From Sarea resinae (taxonomy: Eukaryota), in the NCBI GenBank assembly GCA_026026165.1, contig JAPEUD010000038.1, forward strand, positions 124,001 to 188,000: a DNA stretch of 64,000 nucleotides, written 5' to 3'. This document shows positions 1 to 13,644 of this stretch, in pieces. The translations under genes and the position numbers were made by a program. The notes under the pieces were generated by a model, which was not told where the DNA came from, made no database searches, and saw nothing but the letters and a program-made list of their open reading frames with translations. Each line of letters begins with the position of its first letter. Position 1 is the stretch's first letter.

Positions 1-3000
1 CGCCGGCATCAGCACCAGCATTAGCACCAGTACCAGCACTAGCACCAACACCACCACCACTACCACCATCTACACCACCAATACCCAAAGCACTAACCAA
101 AAACGTCCCAACAGCACTGACGACACTAACAGCCGCATCCACGAGATCCCAGGCGTGAGCCACGGGACTGGTGAGATAGTTCAGCGTGGCGAAGGGCGGT
201 CGGGGCGCGTGGATGTTGACGCCATAGCCGTCCATTGTGGACGCGTAGGTCGGATGCGCGTAAAGGTACCTGTTTTTCGTGTTTTTCGTTAGCGTTGTAT
301 GTGTGTGTGTGTGTGTATATCAGAGCTGGGTGGTGGAGGGTGAGGATGGGGTCGGTAGGAAGAAAGAAGAAGGGAAGAAGGGAAGAAGGGAGGGTGAAGA
401 CTGGGGTGCAGATAGACGTACCAGATCGTAAACTCCGAGATGCCGTAAAGGAGAATGATCATGGTAAGGTAACCTAGAGTCGTCGGTCGAATGCCAAGCA
501 CGTCCGGAGTGTGGTAGTAGAGGGGATTTAGTAGTTGGTGAGGGCCAGAAGAAGATGATGACGATGATGAGTACGTTTTCTTATTATTGTTGATGCTATT
601 GCTTCCGCCGGCGTGGCCGCAATGCTCACATACCCTAGCTGCCTCTTTATCCAACTTCATCTCTTTCTTCATCATCTTCCTCTTCTCCTTCACAACGTCG
701 ATAAGTCGATTGGCCTTGTTATTAGCTGGCCCAGCATCTACATCGTCATTGTCCTCCTTTTCGGAGTCCGAATGACTGACCCGCGTCTCCAGACCCTCGA
801 TACCACGCTTGGCATCGCGGATGCTGAGACGGAGTTTATCCAGCCGACGATTCATGCGCTCAAAGGCTGCGATCTCGAGGGCGCGCGCTCTGTCTGTGCC
901 CTGAACAGACGGTTCTAGTGCTGCGCCTTCATTCTCCATATCGTTGTTATCGTTGTTGGTGTTCTTGACATCGCCAGAGACAGGATTATGCTCCTTTTCG
1001 TTGCTGGGGTCATTGTTGTCGCTATTGTTATACTCGTCGGTCAAGTACACATCCAAGTTATGAAGCCGACTGTACTCAGGTGAGAAGACGAATGAGTCCT
1101 CGATGGGCGAGGTGGGATAGAGAGTCATGGGGGATGATTCACCGCTCGGGATGGGCGACGAGTCTTGATTTTCGCCTTCGCCCGAGAGAAAAGAGCTTTC
1201 GAGGTTCTGAGTCGCGCCGATGAGGGATTCTAGAGAATCGAGTGTCGAGTCCGTGAGGTTTTCAATGTCATATTCGCCGTTATTTTCAGCGTGGGCAGCA
1301 TCAGTGCTTCCCTTCTTGTCTTCACTTTTGTTGTCCTTATATTCTTTCTTGTCTCCATTCTTCTGTTCCTTCATCTCTTCGTTCCGGTCTTCGTTTTCGA
1401 GTCCATTCTTGTTCATCTCGTCAAGTTTATCATCTTCGTTGCCTGATGTACGAACGTCAGTAGAGATCGAGATGTTCCGATTGTCGTTCTCTTTTTCGTC
1501 AATCGATGAGGGGATTGTAGTAGAGGTGGAGATGCGCCTGTTGTTGGCCTTTCTTCCGTTATTCTTCTTGATGAATACAATGTCGGCGGGGGATTTGCGC
1601 GGCCTGTTAGGCTTCTTAGTCTCCCTCATCAAGGCCTCCAGTGCTGATTTCGGCCTATTTGGCCCGTCATATGTGGCTATAGGTGCCGCAGGCTTTCCAG
1701 ACGGCGGTCGATACTGCAATCGTGCACTGTACTCCTGGGGGGGAAGCGGCGTGTCTAGCCATCCCCCTGTGACAATGGGGGTCTTGGCTGGTGGGGTAGT
1801 GGTGGGCTTCGAGGGTTCGGATGTATATCTTCTTTGTACTCTGTTGGGCATTGCAGTGTTACTTACACTCCCTGCCTTGGTGATTTGTTCCATGATATTC
1901 ATGTGGCGATCCTCCAACGCCTTGTCATCCAAGGATGATGAAATATCGGTCCTTGCTGTCTTCATCATCGAATCGCTCATCCGAGAGGACGGCACTGGAC
2001 TGGTACTTGCAGCCCTAGAGAGCTGTCGAAGAAGATCTAGAGAATCATGGCGCTCGTGTTTGGGTCTTGCATCATCATCTTTAGTGCTGCTGACCTGGGC
2101 TTGGCGGGACTGATTCCGCTTCTGCTCTTTTGAGGTGGGAGTTGGGGTGCGATAGACGACTATCGGTGTGTTTGGGATTGGTTCACCGTCGTCATCATCT
2201 TTGTAGGCTGCAGTACTCTCTGGCTTCTCCTTGATTTCAATTGGTCCCTGAAGACCGACTCTCGGGGAATTCTTGCCCTCTGTATCTTCGTTCACTTCGT
2301 CAATTAGACCGCGTACGCTGTTTCGAGATTGGGGTCTTTGCCCTCTCTCGCTATTCCGGGATTGTGATCGCAAATTTTCCTGCGACGTCCGCTCCCTGAC
2401 TTCTCCAAGACGATTTGTGGTGATCGCCGCACTCTTCAGGCTCTCAATTTCTCTCTCTCTGATCTGATCAAGAGTGGTGTTCTTCCCCCGGACGGGCGGG
2501 CTCAAGGAGATCTGCAAAGATCTTGCTGTAAAGTCGTCCTGGAGCTCCAACTCGCGGATCCGCTCTAGTGAACCTTTTCCTCTCAATTCGTGGTCCAACC
2601 CATCTCCCGGTAACTTCAGCTCCGTATTCTCATCAATGGTTTCGGCGGTGCTTGGACGGCTGATGCTGTCTCGACGTCCGCTCAGCCCCCGAGATGGCTT
2701 CTTTCCGAGCATGACATTGAGTAGATCCTGGTCTCGTTGGTATTGACCCTTGCCTGCTGTATTGGACTTATTGTGTGCGTTTGGTTTGGGAGACCCGCCA
2801 CGGATTGGAAGAGTACCGGCTTCCTGCGCTCGCAAATTGTCGTTCCGTTCTTGTGCCGCGTTGTCTCTCTGTAGCTCAACACCGCCATTCTCTTCAGCCG
2901 CCTCTGGAGTGCTTGCTCGGCTTGTGCCATCCTGATGCTCGCCCAGAACAATCGGCTTCTTTTTCCCCAGCATGACGTTCAGAACGTCCTGATCTCTCTT

Positions 3001-3609
3001 AATTTGACTCTTCCTCTTGTTGAGCTCCGTATGTGGCCTGGAAGAATCCCCACCACTTGCAAGTGCCTCGGTTTCCTGTGCTGTTAGCGTCTCCTCGTCC
3101 AAGATTCTTTGATATGATTCCTTCAACGATCGCGGAGGGCTCGATGCAGCTGACGAGGGAGACCCCGAAACAGTCGCACGCCCTCTTCGATTGCTAGCCT
3201 CGGACATGATGCCGGGACTTTCAGATGCCCTACGTGGGACAGCACGACGGAAGGGATGAGTAGGCACGGGCCTTGGGGGGCGCGCAGCTTGCTTCTTCTC
3301 GCCTGGAGAAGTAGATCCGAGTGGTCGCTGAATCTCTGTTGGGGAATCTGCCGTAGCTTCGAATGCCTCCTTCAGGGTCCTTGGACCTCCTCGGTTGTTG
3401 TTTTGCGATGCGATGTCATCACTGACGCTTCTTGAATGTCTGTGTTTTGGTCGAATCGGACTGGGTGATTGAGAAGTGCCCTGGCCGGTGAAGACTGTCT
3501 CTGAGAGGTGTCGCGACACGAACAATGGTGTGGTGCGACTCGCGCGAATGTCTTCAAAGGAAGAGTAGTTCGCTTTGTCGCGGACAGGCTGCTGCGGGTC
3601 TGTAGACAT
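1..3609 (-). CDS. Large low-complexity fungal hypothetical protein with a late coiled coil, CxxC and C-terminal membrane segment; 3' end runs off the window
   Basis: 1106-aa ORF 3609..289 whose stop lies inside an intron (GTACGT at 421, GCTAAC branch at 293-288, CAG ending at 270). The spliced exon 269..<1 continues ...EFTIW|YLYAHPTYASTMDGYGVNIHAPRPPFATL. Also FERMNRRLDKLRLSIRDAKRGIEGLE coiled coil, CEHCG and hydrophobic TLGYLTMIILLYGISEF. Confidence 0.85.
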
Positions 3610-4431
3610 TGTGAAGGTTGTACTCCGAAGTGGTATTGTTACGTGCTATGGCGGAGAGCCAGAGCATTGGGAGAGGCGATGGCGAGTGGCAATGTTGATC
3701 ATGAAGGATTTCCATTCACGGCTGGTTCAGCGTCAATAAGAACATGGCGTTATTGTTGTTGGCGTACGTTGCGGGCCATGGCCCAAGATCAAACACACTT
3801 CGCGAACAGAGTTCAAGTCGCGTTTTAGGAAAGATCCCCCCATGGATTAGACACCACCAATCCCCACTACGGTAGCCGAGTACTTTACTTCAATGGCACA
3901 GCTAGAGTCTGAGGTACCGTATTCGTTATTCATCTATTCATCTATTCATCTATTCATCCATCTGTTCATCAATTCAGACGGACAAAGCAGTGGAAGATTT
4001 GCAGTTGCCATGTCTCTGAATACAAATCGTCTCATTGGTTTGCTATCTCATGTAAACGCTCAATAAGAAGATGTATTCTGTTGTCCTAGTTCAATTCTGT
4101 CGTCAAGTTCATTTCATGATTGTCCGTGAGAAGAAAAAACGGCCGTCCCTTGCCCTCCAGCGGTGTAGCCCCCCTCACCTCATTGGCTGTCTCCTAAGAT
4201 ACTGTTCTAATAGCTATTGCAATTTCGTGTAATAACCCTGCGACCTGCCCGCCTGCGTGCTTGCTGTCCTGCCTTCGCATAGCCTTGCTGCTCCGATCCG
4301 AGCGTGGTAGGCGAGCAAACGAGCGACCGAACGAATATTATTCATTCCAATCCAACGAAGCTGAAGTTGACTCTCTAGAACCAATGCGGTGTTTGAAGAA
4401 GTGATGATCTGTCGTCCCGATACTTGATGCC

Positions 4432-5016
4432 TCACTTGATCAAGCCGCAAGACCATCGCTTGCTCTTGACCCAGCTGCGGTCGGCCAGATTGACCATCCT
4501 GCCAGAACGAGGGTTCGCTGATCGACTCAGGCTGTCGCTGGATCTGGCTGACGCTGACCACGTCGACATGGGAGCCATCGGCTCTCCCTCAGTGATGATT
4601 GTTCCATTCATCTTGTTGGTCAGGGTGTCAGGCGGTAGGATGGCCTCGATCTTTGCGATCTGCTTGCGGTTGCGCATGCTCGTGACAGAGGCCGAACTAT
4701 CGGTGCGTGAGAGACTGCCGCGGGATGAATTGCTGCGAGAGACGAAGGACTCGTGCGGGGTCATTGGAGGAGTACGAGCTTGGCCGACAGAAGGTCGGTG
4801 TTGATGGGCGTGGTAAGGTCCCAGCAGTCGGTATTCGTGGTGGTCGAGGGTGACGTCAGAACACCACGGGCATTCGTCGCATTTGGACTCCCATCCTTCT
4901 AGTGATAGCTTGGAAGGGCAATTGCTAAGATCTCGTTCCGCGGAGCAGCGTCGGATGAGATGATACCAGCGGTGGTGGCACGGTTGGGTGGATACGTTGA
5001 GCTCGGCGACACACAT
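4432..5016 (-). CDS. Small fungal hypothetical protein with a Cys/His-rich N-terminus (194 aa)
   Basis: ATG at 5016 inside ORF 4432..5190 gives MCVAELNVSTQPCHHRWYHLIRRC...NCPSKLSLEGWESKCDECPWC (possible metal-binding motif), then a Ser-rich tail. Single exon. Confidence 0.75.
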   Translation of the reverse strand: MCVAELNVSTQPCHHRWYHLIRRCSAERDLSNCPSKLSLEGWESKCDECPWCSDVTLDHHEYRLLGPYHAHQHRPSVGQARTPPMTPHESFVSRSNSSRGSLSRTDSSASVTSMRNRKQIAKIEAILPPDTLTNKMNGTIITEGEPMAPMSTWSASARSSDSLSRSANPRSGRMVNLADRSWVKSKRWSCGLIK

Positions 5017-8000
5017 GTTTGCTATTGTCCTCTGCGTTGGTGTTCGAGGGCCTTTGTCTTGGGGGATCGTCTGTGAAAGTGTCTTCACTGCTACAGCGGA
5101 CTGGCTGTTTGTCTCCTGAGTCGAGATATATAGAGCAGGCGAGTATGGAGACTGTGAGACAACACAGAGTGGCTGCGGGCTAGGGAGCAATGAAGGGCAG
5201 TGGTGTTCAAGATATGGGAAGTGGTTGTGTATGCCACACGGATCTTGAGATGGATGGGCGTCGATGATGTGATCGACGGTGGCTCGTTGTCGATGAGGTG
5301 GTCAAAAGGTAGAGCGAATGAGTGCCAAGGCAGAGGGGGGTATGCAAGATAAGCTTATGTGTTCGGTCTGTATGGATGGATCGACGATTGATGTTGATGA
5401 GTCAAGTACTCTATGTGAGTATCAATGTAATCGATGAGGGTGAATTGCTGGGTTTTTGTGTTGTTCTTGCCACTTGGCTTGGTTGTCAGCGTGCAGCAAG
5501 AGCGGGCTCGATGATGATGGGATGGGAAGGACAGCAATGATATATCACACACTTTTCGCCGAGACATACTCATAGTAGAGGGTCACAATGTTACTCCGGG
5601 GTGAGGAGGTCTCAGGTAATTGGAATCCATATGGTAGTAAATTAGATGATTTCTTACGAGTGGCAGCACTGATCCTCATCAGCACACATCCATGGACGCG
5701 CCAACCCATCCATTCTCTCCTGTTCGGGTCCGGGCGCGGGCACAAGCGTAGCACATCCATGGACAATCACATACCATGGTAGGGAAAAGAAAGCAGAGAC
5801 TACTACTACGTGAGCAAGGACATGAATAGACCGAAGAGCAAATCATCTTGCTGGTCGGGTTCAGCCCAAGGGCCTGACCGAGCATGGAACGGGGCTTGGC
5901 AACAGTTTTCTTCTACGACGTCTGGTGTGATGTGCCGCCATTGAAATACGACTCCTGTCCTAATTCGGCGGTAGTGTTTCCCGTACGACAGGTAAGTTGA
6001 GCGTTAGCAGAAGGATAATCACTAGGAGGTCGGCCTGCTAGGTACCGACGTTGGTCAATTAGTCGGTTTAATCATCGGGAAGCATGGGGGAGCTCGGGGC
6101 AGCGTGGAGCGGGCGTGGAAAGGTGAGGTGGAGAGAGCTGGAGCTCCAGGGCTCCTCGGTCGACGACGCAGAAGGTCAGAAGGTACTGGCCAGATCGAGT
6201 GATGTCGAGCAAAAGCAAAGTCACGTAATGATGATGAGACTGCGCCCACGCGTATGAAAGGTGCACATGCTCCATGCCCCCGCCTAGTCAGTTTGCCTAG
6301 TACTGGGGAAGGAAGAGAAGTAAGATGAGCGCGAGATGAGAAGAGCCCCGTTTGCCTGCAATCGGTCGAACGAGCCCCTTGTCGACTAATCTCACGGTCC
6401 CGGTCTCTCGATGGCTTCCGTACGGTACTCCTAGTGTCTCGTCGCCTGGCTGTCCGGAGTGCTATGAGTACGAGTACGCCGTACTCTAGACTGGAGCAGG
6501 CGAGCGTACTTAGCGGCATGGCCCGACGGCTCCGACAGATCGTCAACGGGTGGAGGAAGACCATGGACACACTATGGACACACTATGGGCAGGGCATCCA
6601 GGGTACTGGACCTGCTAGCCACGCCCCTCCTTGCTGGCCCTTACCTGCTCGGTCGGGCATAATCACACTAGCAATTGGAAACGACCTTTTCTTTCTTTTT
6701 CCATCTGACCCGGTCAATAATCGTCGTTGCTTTTACGCACATCCTGCATCCCTACTCGATACCACACACTGCCCAAGTCCTCTGCATGCAAAGACGCAGC
6801 GATGCAAAGATGCAAGAAATCTTGCTTCACCGCAATCTCGTGTCGCACGGAGAGAGCTACCGCCGTAGAGACTCTCGACCGATGCCGGCAGCGAGCCAGC
6901 AGCACGTCCAGGCTGGCGATAAGGATGGCGTGGCGCTGGCAATGATGATGCCGGGTCGAGCGCGTGTGCTCGTGATTGGCGAACGTTGCTCCGTGGGCCT
7001 TTGATTCGATTCCTCGCGATGCCAGGGCCAGAGGTCTGGCAGTGCGCTTCCAGGTTCCTGCCACCGCCATGTACTACTGGAGTAAGGCCATGTAATGCCA
7101 TGCACTCGGGCACTCACCTTACTTACTACGGAATACACCCCCAGCGTAGGGGCACACGACTACCTTGGCCAACGTAAGGCAAGGTAAATGTAATGTCATG
7201 TCATCAGAATGATAGACCAGCAAAGGCCACCACAAACCTTATCCTCCTCCTGTATCGTATCGTATCGTATCGTCTCGCATCGTATTATCATTATTATCGT
7301 ATTTCCGGCATCCTCTCTATCTCATCCGTTCCGTCCTGACGGAAAGCCACATGCATGGCGCCTGTTTCGATACCCACCTACCACGCGGCGTGCCAGCTCT
7401 GCCCCTTTGTCCAAAGTGCCCCTTGGCACGTCGACCTCTTCCTCTGGCCTCCTATCACGCACGTTGGATCTGGCTGGCCGTGCCAGGCGCACCTCACCGT
7501 TGGCAGACGGACACCCAAAGAAAGCTGAACGCCGGCCAACCTACCCTGGGGTACGGGCCTGCCTCTTCCTACCCACCGCCTCCACCATCTCATCTTATTC
7601 TTTGCCATGGCCGCCACGATACATGCACAGGGTAAGGCGGTCCAGTCTCAGTGCCGTCCCGTCCCGGCCGTCTGTTTGATCGTGATCTCGCACTACTCAG
7701 TACATTAGCCCGGTACCTTGGCTGGCGCCGCGGAGGGGCTGTGCTGGCCTGGCTTGGCTTGGCTGGGCTGCCACCTCTCCCTCGGACTCTCCTCTCTTCG
7801 ATCTTGCTCGATCTCTGTCCCTCTCTCTACTCCGAGTACCTTCCTGTGCTCCACTCAGGGCTAAGGAAGGAAACATTACCGAAATCCGTACGTTTCGTTC
7901 GTTGCTGCCCGACCTCACCCGCTCCCTTATGTAAGTAGGGTTCTCGAGTACTTCGTATCGCTCCTTCTTTCGCTTGGAAGCTTCCATTTCTTCTTAGCAT

Positions 8001-8580
8001 GCTTGCTTGCTGCCAACAACAACAATAACAGACAGCAGCAATAACACCAAATTCTCACCACCGTCCTGACTCACACGTACCGTGTCCACACTACAGTAGG
8101 TAGCCCCCGCCCAAACATCATCCCCTGCCACCACGCGCACTGGCACTCCACTCCACTCCACCCCCGCCGCCGCCGCCGCCGCCGCTGCTGCCAAGTCCCG
8201 GTAAGTTCTGATCCGGCATACCTTATCCATAGCCTCGCCAGCCCGACCCGGCCCGGCCTCGTCTGGTCTGGCCTTGCCTTGCTTTGCTGTACTACGTATG
8301 GTGAGTAAACAACTTCGACATCACTGTAGCAGCATTTCGTGTTTCGCATCTCGTAATCCGTCTTCCCTCAGCTTCGTACACACAATCATCACGATCCCGA
8401 GTTACTGATTCCGTAATCCATCCATCCAATACCGTATTCTTTTCTCGATCCATGCCAAGATTGTAGCTCGATGGCCTAGCCGCAAGCTCCAACGCACCCG
8501 AGTCCCCCGCCGCGACCCACTTCCCTTAGATTTACCGTAGGTAGGTAGACACCTCAGCTTTCTTAGGTAGGCCCGTTCGT

Positions 8581-8624
8581 CTGGCTGGCTGGCTGGCTGG
8601 CTGGCTGGCTCGCTCGCTCGCTCG
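8581..8624. repeat. Compound microsatellite (CTGG)7(CTCG)4
   Basis: Read directly from the sequence. Confidence 0.95.
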
Positions 8625-9314
8625 CTACCGACGCGCTGTGTAAGCTTCCCGCCGCCGCTCATCCTCTAGGGTGCGGAGGTCGAGTGGGGACGTTTTCTAC
8701 TGTACCGTGGCTGCTACTGCTGCTGCTGCTGCGGACTGGCTGTCTGACTGACTGACTTAGGTGACCGACTAAGGTGACTTGACTATACTGCCCGTGCGCT
8801 CAGAGGAGAATCAGAGGGAAAGGTTGGTTCTAGGCCATGTGGGATGCAGTTGTGCACATACATACTAAGGTATGTATCGACGATCATACGTAGAAGCGAA
8901 TGAAAAGAAGAACAACAGCGACACGGACCAAGAAAAGAGAAGAGAAAAGAAGGACACCGAACTTCTGGTCCGACAGGCAGGTCATTTCACCTAGTGAATA
9001 GTTTGATGCATAAGAGAGAGAGAAGGGCAGACCTAAGGTAACTACCGTAGTCAGCTGTTATGAAGCCAGCATAGAGAATGATCTACGCTTATTCGTAGGC
9101 ATATACATAAGGTAGTCAGAAAATATACGAATTCTCTGTACATGATGAATTTATCTGGATATAATAAGGTAGTCTATTTCTATCTGAATCTGATAACCTC
9201 GCAACAACAACCATGTGGGACTTCTATCTCTGATCCAATCTCCATTCTCGTCCCCCTTAACTTTTCACCCTCAACCTTCTTCCTTTCCCAATAATCACCC
9301 GCATCCCTAACACA

Positions 9315-11122
9315 TCACGCATCGACCTCGACCTCCACGCCCTCAAGTCCCTTATACGCCGCCATCCCCCTCACATTCCCGCTCTCCAGCCCCCGCACCG
9401 CCTCCAGGAGCCCGCCTCTCTCGTCCCGGCTCAGCTCGCGTATCGGCGTCGTGTAGGTGTGGAAGGCGAAGAGGAGGGCCGGCGGGCTGGTTTCGTTGGC
9501 CTGCAGCGGGAGAGGGATACGGTGCAGTGTTTGCCGCTCGACGCGGAGGTGGGGCGTGGTGTCTGTTTTGGGAGAGGCGGGGGCGGAGGCGTTGTTGGTG
9601 GAGGTAGAGGTGGAGGTAGGGGGAGGATGGCGGGGGGCCGGGGAAGTGGTGGTGCTTGTTGTTGTTGTTGTTGTTGAGAGAGAGGAGGGAGGGGGCGCGA
9701 AAAGCGTCGAGGTGGGCGTGATGGTCCACTAGATGAGAGTGGGAAAGGTGTTAGTTTTTTCTTCTCCCACAAGGGAAAATAACGCCACCCCACTCTTGAT
9801 CAACGGAACAGTGATAGCAAGAAAAACTTGGGTAAGATACCAGGAGAAAACCCTGCCAAAGCAGAGACAGAAGAGAAAGCAGAAGAAAGGGGAAATCTGA
9901 ACATGTCTCGCAGCCAACCCAATAAACAAATAAACAGACAAATCACCAAGCATGAATAGAGTCCAGATGAACATACATTCGCTCTCCAGACCCACCGGCC
10001 AACCTCCAGCCGTCCGAAAAACCGATCCATGCTCTTTTGCAATTTCTCTGCGTATCCAGGCACCGGCGCGTGGATGTCGGCGAGCGTGAGGCCGAATTTC
10101 TGCGGCGTGGAAAACCCGGAGGGAAAGCAGGTCACGTAAGCCTGGAGTGTGTAGGGCGGGGGCGTTGTGGATGAGGGGGAGTCTGGTGAAGAAGAGGACG
10201 AGGAACCGCAGGAGGGATCGGGGAGAAGGAAGAGAAAATCCTCGTCGACAGTTTCGCCCAGGATCCTAAGAGCTTCGACGGGGTCATCAGGTGGGTCGAG
10301 GGGATTGATATCACCGGTTACTAGATTCTTTAACCACCTCCCTTTCCTCATCTCTGCTTTATCTTCTCTCGTCTTAGGCCCCACACGATTCCCATCTACA
10401 CTCTTCTTTCCGCTGTCTGTAGATCTGCTACCCTGACCCTGACTCCCTCTCTCACTGATGGTAAACATCTGAGGAAACCTGCCCGGCAGATACACACCCA
10501 TAAGCCAAGCATAGAAATGGTCGATGGCAGGTTTGGCGATCGAATTTGCGGCCAGGACCGTGGCGGGGTGGGAGGCCATAAGGGACTTCCGGAGCTCGAT
10601 GCGCGCAAGATAAGTTTTGTCTACCTGGAGGAGAGAGGAAGGGGGAAGGGATTGAAGTGCTGTTTTGCTGATGTGGTTAGAGAGTGCGAATAAACGATAG
10701 TGGTGGCATATTTTCCGGAAGAGGATATGCCAGAGCCCTACTTACCCATTGTGAGATTGTATCGTGGCTTGAACGGCCGGAGCTGTAGCGGTTCGGTCGT
10801 TGCCCAGTCGAAGTCTTTGAGCGGCTCAATGGGCGGATATCCCATCCTGCCATCTTGCACCTCTTCTTCATCTCGAGGCCGCCAGACGCTCATGCGGAAC
10901 TAGATTTTTTCGGACGCTAATCAGCGAATGGGTGACAATTCTAGGCCAGCAGGGCGGGGGGAGGAGAGAGGGATAAAAGCTAGAAAGGGGGGCGAAACGA
11001 GCTATAAGCACTTTCCCATCTTCGAGGAGCTTCCTCACCTTCGAGGAGAACCCGGACCTCCAGGATACCACAATCGCCAAGCTCAGGAGAGCGAGCAATA
11101 ATGTCTGAGCCGTGCTTGACAT
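9315..11122 (-). CDS. DUF3445 / heme-dependent oxidative N-demethylase alpha-subunit-like (HRQ-family) protein, about 444 aa
   Basis: Exons 11122-11039, 10899-10746, 10659-9977, 9728-9315 (1335 nt), GT-AG introns. Motifs DFDWATTEPLQLRPFKPRYNLTM, EDFLFL, VTCFPSGF, LADIHAPVPGY, MDRFF, RAN|WTIT and LRVERQTLHR. N-terminal hydrophobic anchor. Confidence 0.85.
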
Positions 11123-11772
11123 GGCAAGTTGCAATGCTGTCTCTACTGTTATGGCTTTCGTGTGCGGATGTTTAGACCTTGAGACATGCCGGATCTAGAT
11201 TTCTGCCGACGCCATTCTATAATTCGTATGTATCATGGATATTTTCCAAGGTAGAAAGGGCTCGATCAAGGCATGAAAGTAAATGAAAAAATTGAGACCG
11301 TGGGCATCTTGCGACAATCATTGACCCCACATTGTTGCCCCGCCGGCGATCTCGCCCATTTGGGTAGCTAGATTAGATTACGCCAAATATCAAGATAAGA
11401 TAAGATGTAAATATACGCGCTAGATTGTTTATAACAACACTTGAGAGAACTGCACGATGTTGCATAGAGAAGCTTCTTCTAAGTAAGTCCAGCAGTATCT
11501 TGTTTATGTGATCAGGCCCCTATCTCCCATTCGAGTCACCCTTCGCGATTTAGAGCAGAGCTCCCTCAAAGCTCTATTATGCCACTCTACGAAGCGAGAG
11601 CCCCAGCGAACCTACCCTGTATGTGCATATAGAGCATGAAGCTATCAAAATGGCTGTCCCTACCTCTAAGCTATCCCGGGTTGTGTGACAGCTTCTTGCG
11701 TTTGAAGAGCTTCAAAGATGCATGGCCTTTCAGCCAGGCTCATCTTGTCCAACAACGCTGCCACGGAATTCA

Positions 11773-13644
11773 CTACTCCAACGATCTTGCAGTGGCAAGC
11801 ACAGTGCCAGTTGCCCCGTTGTGATCTTCAAGTCCTTCTTCGTCACTAGCCCAGCCTTCTCTCTCGTCCCGTGCCATCCTGACGAAGAGAACATCCAATA
11901 CCAAAGCAATCACAGCAAGGGCTATACCAAAATAAAGTGCTGCTCTATATCCTTTCACCTGGTCCGAGGATCTTTTATTGACCTCCGACTCGACGGTGCC
12001 GGCGAAGCCGATGCCTAGACTGGTGCCATAAAGGTTCAACGTGCCAATAAGTGAGGCTGCAATCCCTTGCTGTGACCTTCGAACGCTGTTGCTGGCGATG
12101 ATCTGCGCTGCCGTATAGACGAAGTCCGGGCAAAAAGCCATGACAATGGTTGCTGGAAATACCTGCGCCCAATAGCTTTGCTGCTTCGGCATGGTTGCAA
12201 TCAGGATATTTGAGATCAAGACGCTCAAGGCCCCGATGGCTAAAATCCATTGCGCAGCGAGTCTCGGAATCAGCCATGCCGCGAGAATAGCCCCAATGAT
12301 GCCGAATATGACAAATGGAGCCCAGCCATAGGCGAACTGGAGGACAGTCCAATGCCGGATTTCTTGCTGCCAAGCTACCATGTACCAGAGCATGGTGCCG
12401 AATGACATGAAACTCAGCAAGGACACAACCATCAGCGACAAAAAGGATGGGGCTTTCCAGATATCTAGGGGCATGATGGGCGTTTTAGCAAACTTCGATT
12501 CCCAGATGCAGAAGATTCCGACGGACACGATAGAGACGATGAGAAGAATAATCTCATAGGGAGTGGACCATCCAACCATGGGTGCTTGGCTGTACAGATT
12601 AGCAAGACTAGTACATTGCTTGATCTTGAAAACCATACTTCCAGACAAAATTGAAAAGGATCAATCCACAGGTTCCCAACGCAGCACCAACATAGTCGAT
12701 TGCGCCCTGGCGGTCAACTGGCACTTCTGGTGGGAGAAGAAACCATAAGAGTCCAAAAGCAACAGCGCCAAGTATCGCTCTACCACCGCCACTATGAGCG
12801 CGCAATCAACCAAGGCAGCCAGGCATGGACTTGACTTACAAGGAAAAGAAATTCCACTTCCAGGGAGTGTACTGAGTAAATATGCCAGTGATAATACTGC
12901 CAAGAAAGCCTCCCATGGGTGCTGAGGCGGCGAAGAAGCTCAAGCTCAGGTTTCGGTACCTGCCTGGCGGTAGGGTAATGCCGATTATTGCCACAGCATT
13001 TGGCATGATCAGAGCACCGCCAATACCAGAGAAAGCCCGAGCTATATTGAATGTGATGAAGTCATTGCAGAATCCATTGATCAGAGACCACAAAACAAAC
13101 CAAGCACCACCTGCAAGCAAAACGTATTTGTGGCCGTACACTGCTCCAAGCCGGCCGCTGGCCAACACAAATGTCCCTTGGGTCAAGCTAGGATCGCGGG
13201 ATGGCTTCATTAGATACATAGGTCGTTCAATCATGCTCCCCGTTGGCTTTAAACTTACGGATATGACGCAGCAACCCAACTTGCCCGCCCAGGCCCCTTC
13301 TCGCCCAGTATCTCGCCATATTTAAGGCCTCCAGCAATTCCAACTACGTTGGAGATCATCTAGACCTTGCCATTGAGTATGAATTACATTGGAAGTACGA
13401 ATTGGTTTCTGACCTGTACTAGATTGCTGGCTATGATAGCGACTGCGATTGCGACTTGGTGGGATCTTCCCAGCGAAGTCAATGGCATAGCCTCGAACAC
13501 CCGCCGTTGACCAGTTGGTTCTTCGCCATCTGTCGCAGCATCTACTCGTCCTACTGTATCCGTGCCGTGTTCGATGCTTTGCGATGAGGCCGAAGGCTGT
13601 TCAACGCTTGAGAGTTCATATTGAATCGTCTGGGCCAGAGACAT
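11773..13644 (-). CDS. MFS drug:H+ antiporter, DHA2 / Atr1-like (14-TM type), about 545 aa
   Basis: Exons 13644-13414, 13359-13259, 13187-12840, 12779-12639, 12589-11773 (1638 nt). Motifs WVAASYP|LTQGTFVLASGRLGAVYGHK, ARAFSGIGGALIMPNA, IDYVGAALG and QQGIAASL. Confidence 0.92.

Noticed and set aside
1220..2113. 297-aa plus-strand ORF, and many similar antisense ORFs across the window
   Set aside because: Antisense shadow of a real minus-strand CDS, with Ser/Leu/Phe-rich composition and no motifs.
9729..9976. 248-nt intron of the DUF3445 gene as a stwintron or snoRNA host
   Set aside because: No nested donor/acceptor arrangement or sno boxes found. It is T-rich low-complexity sequence on the coding strand, consistent with local expansion.
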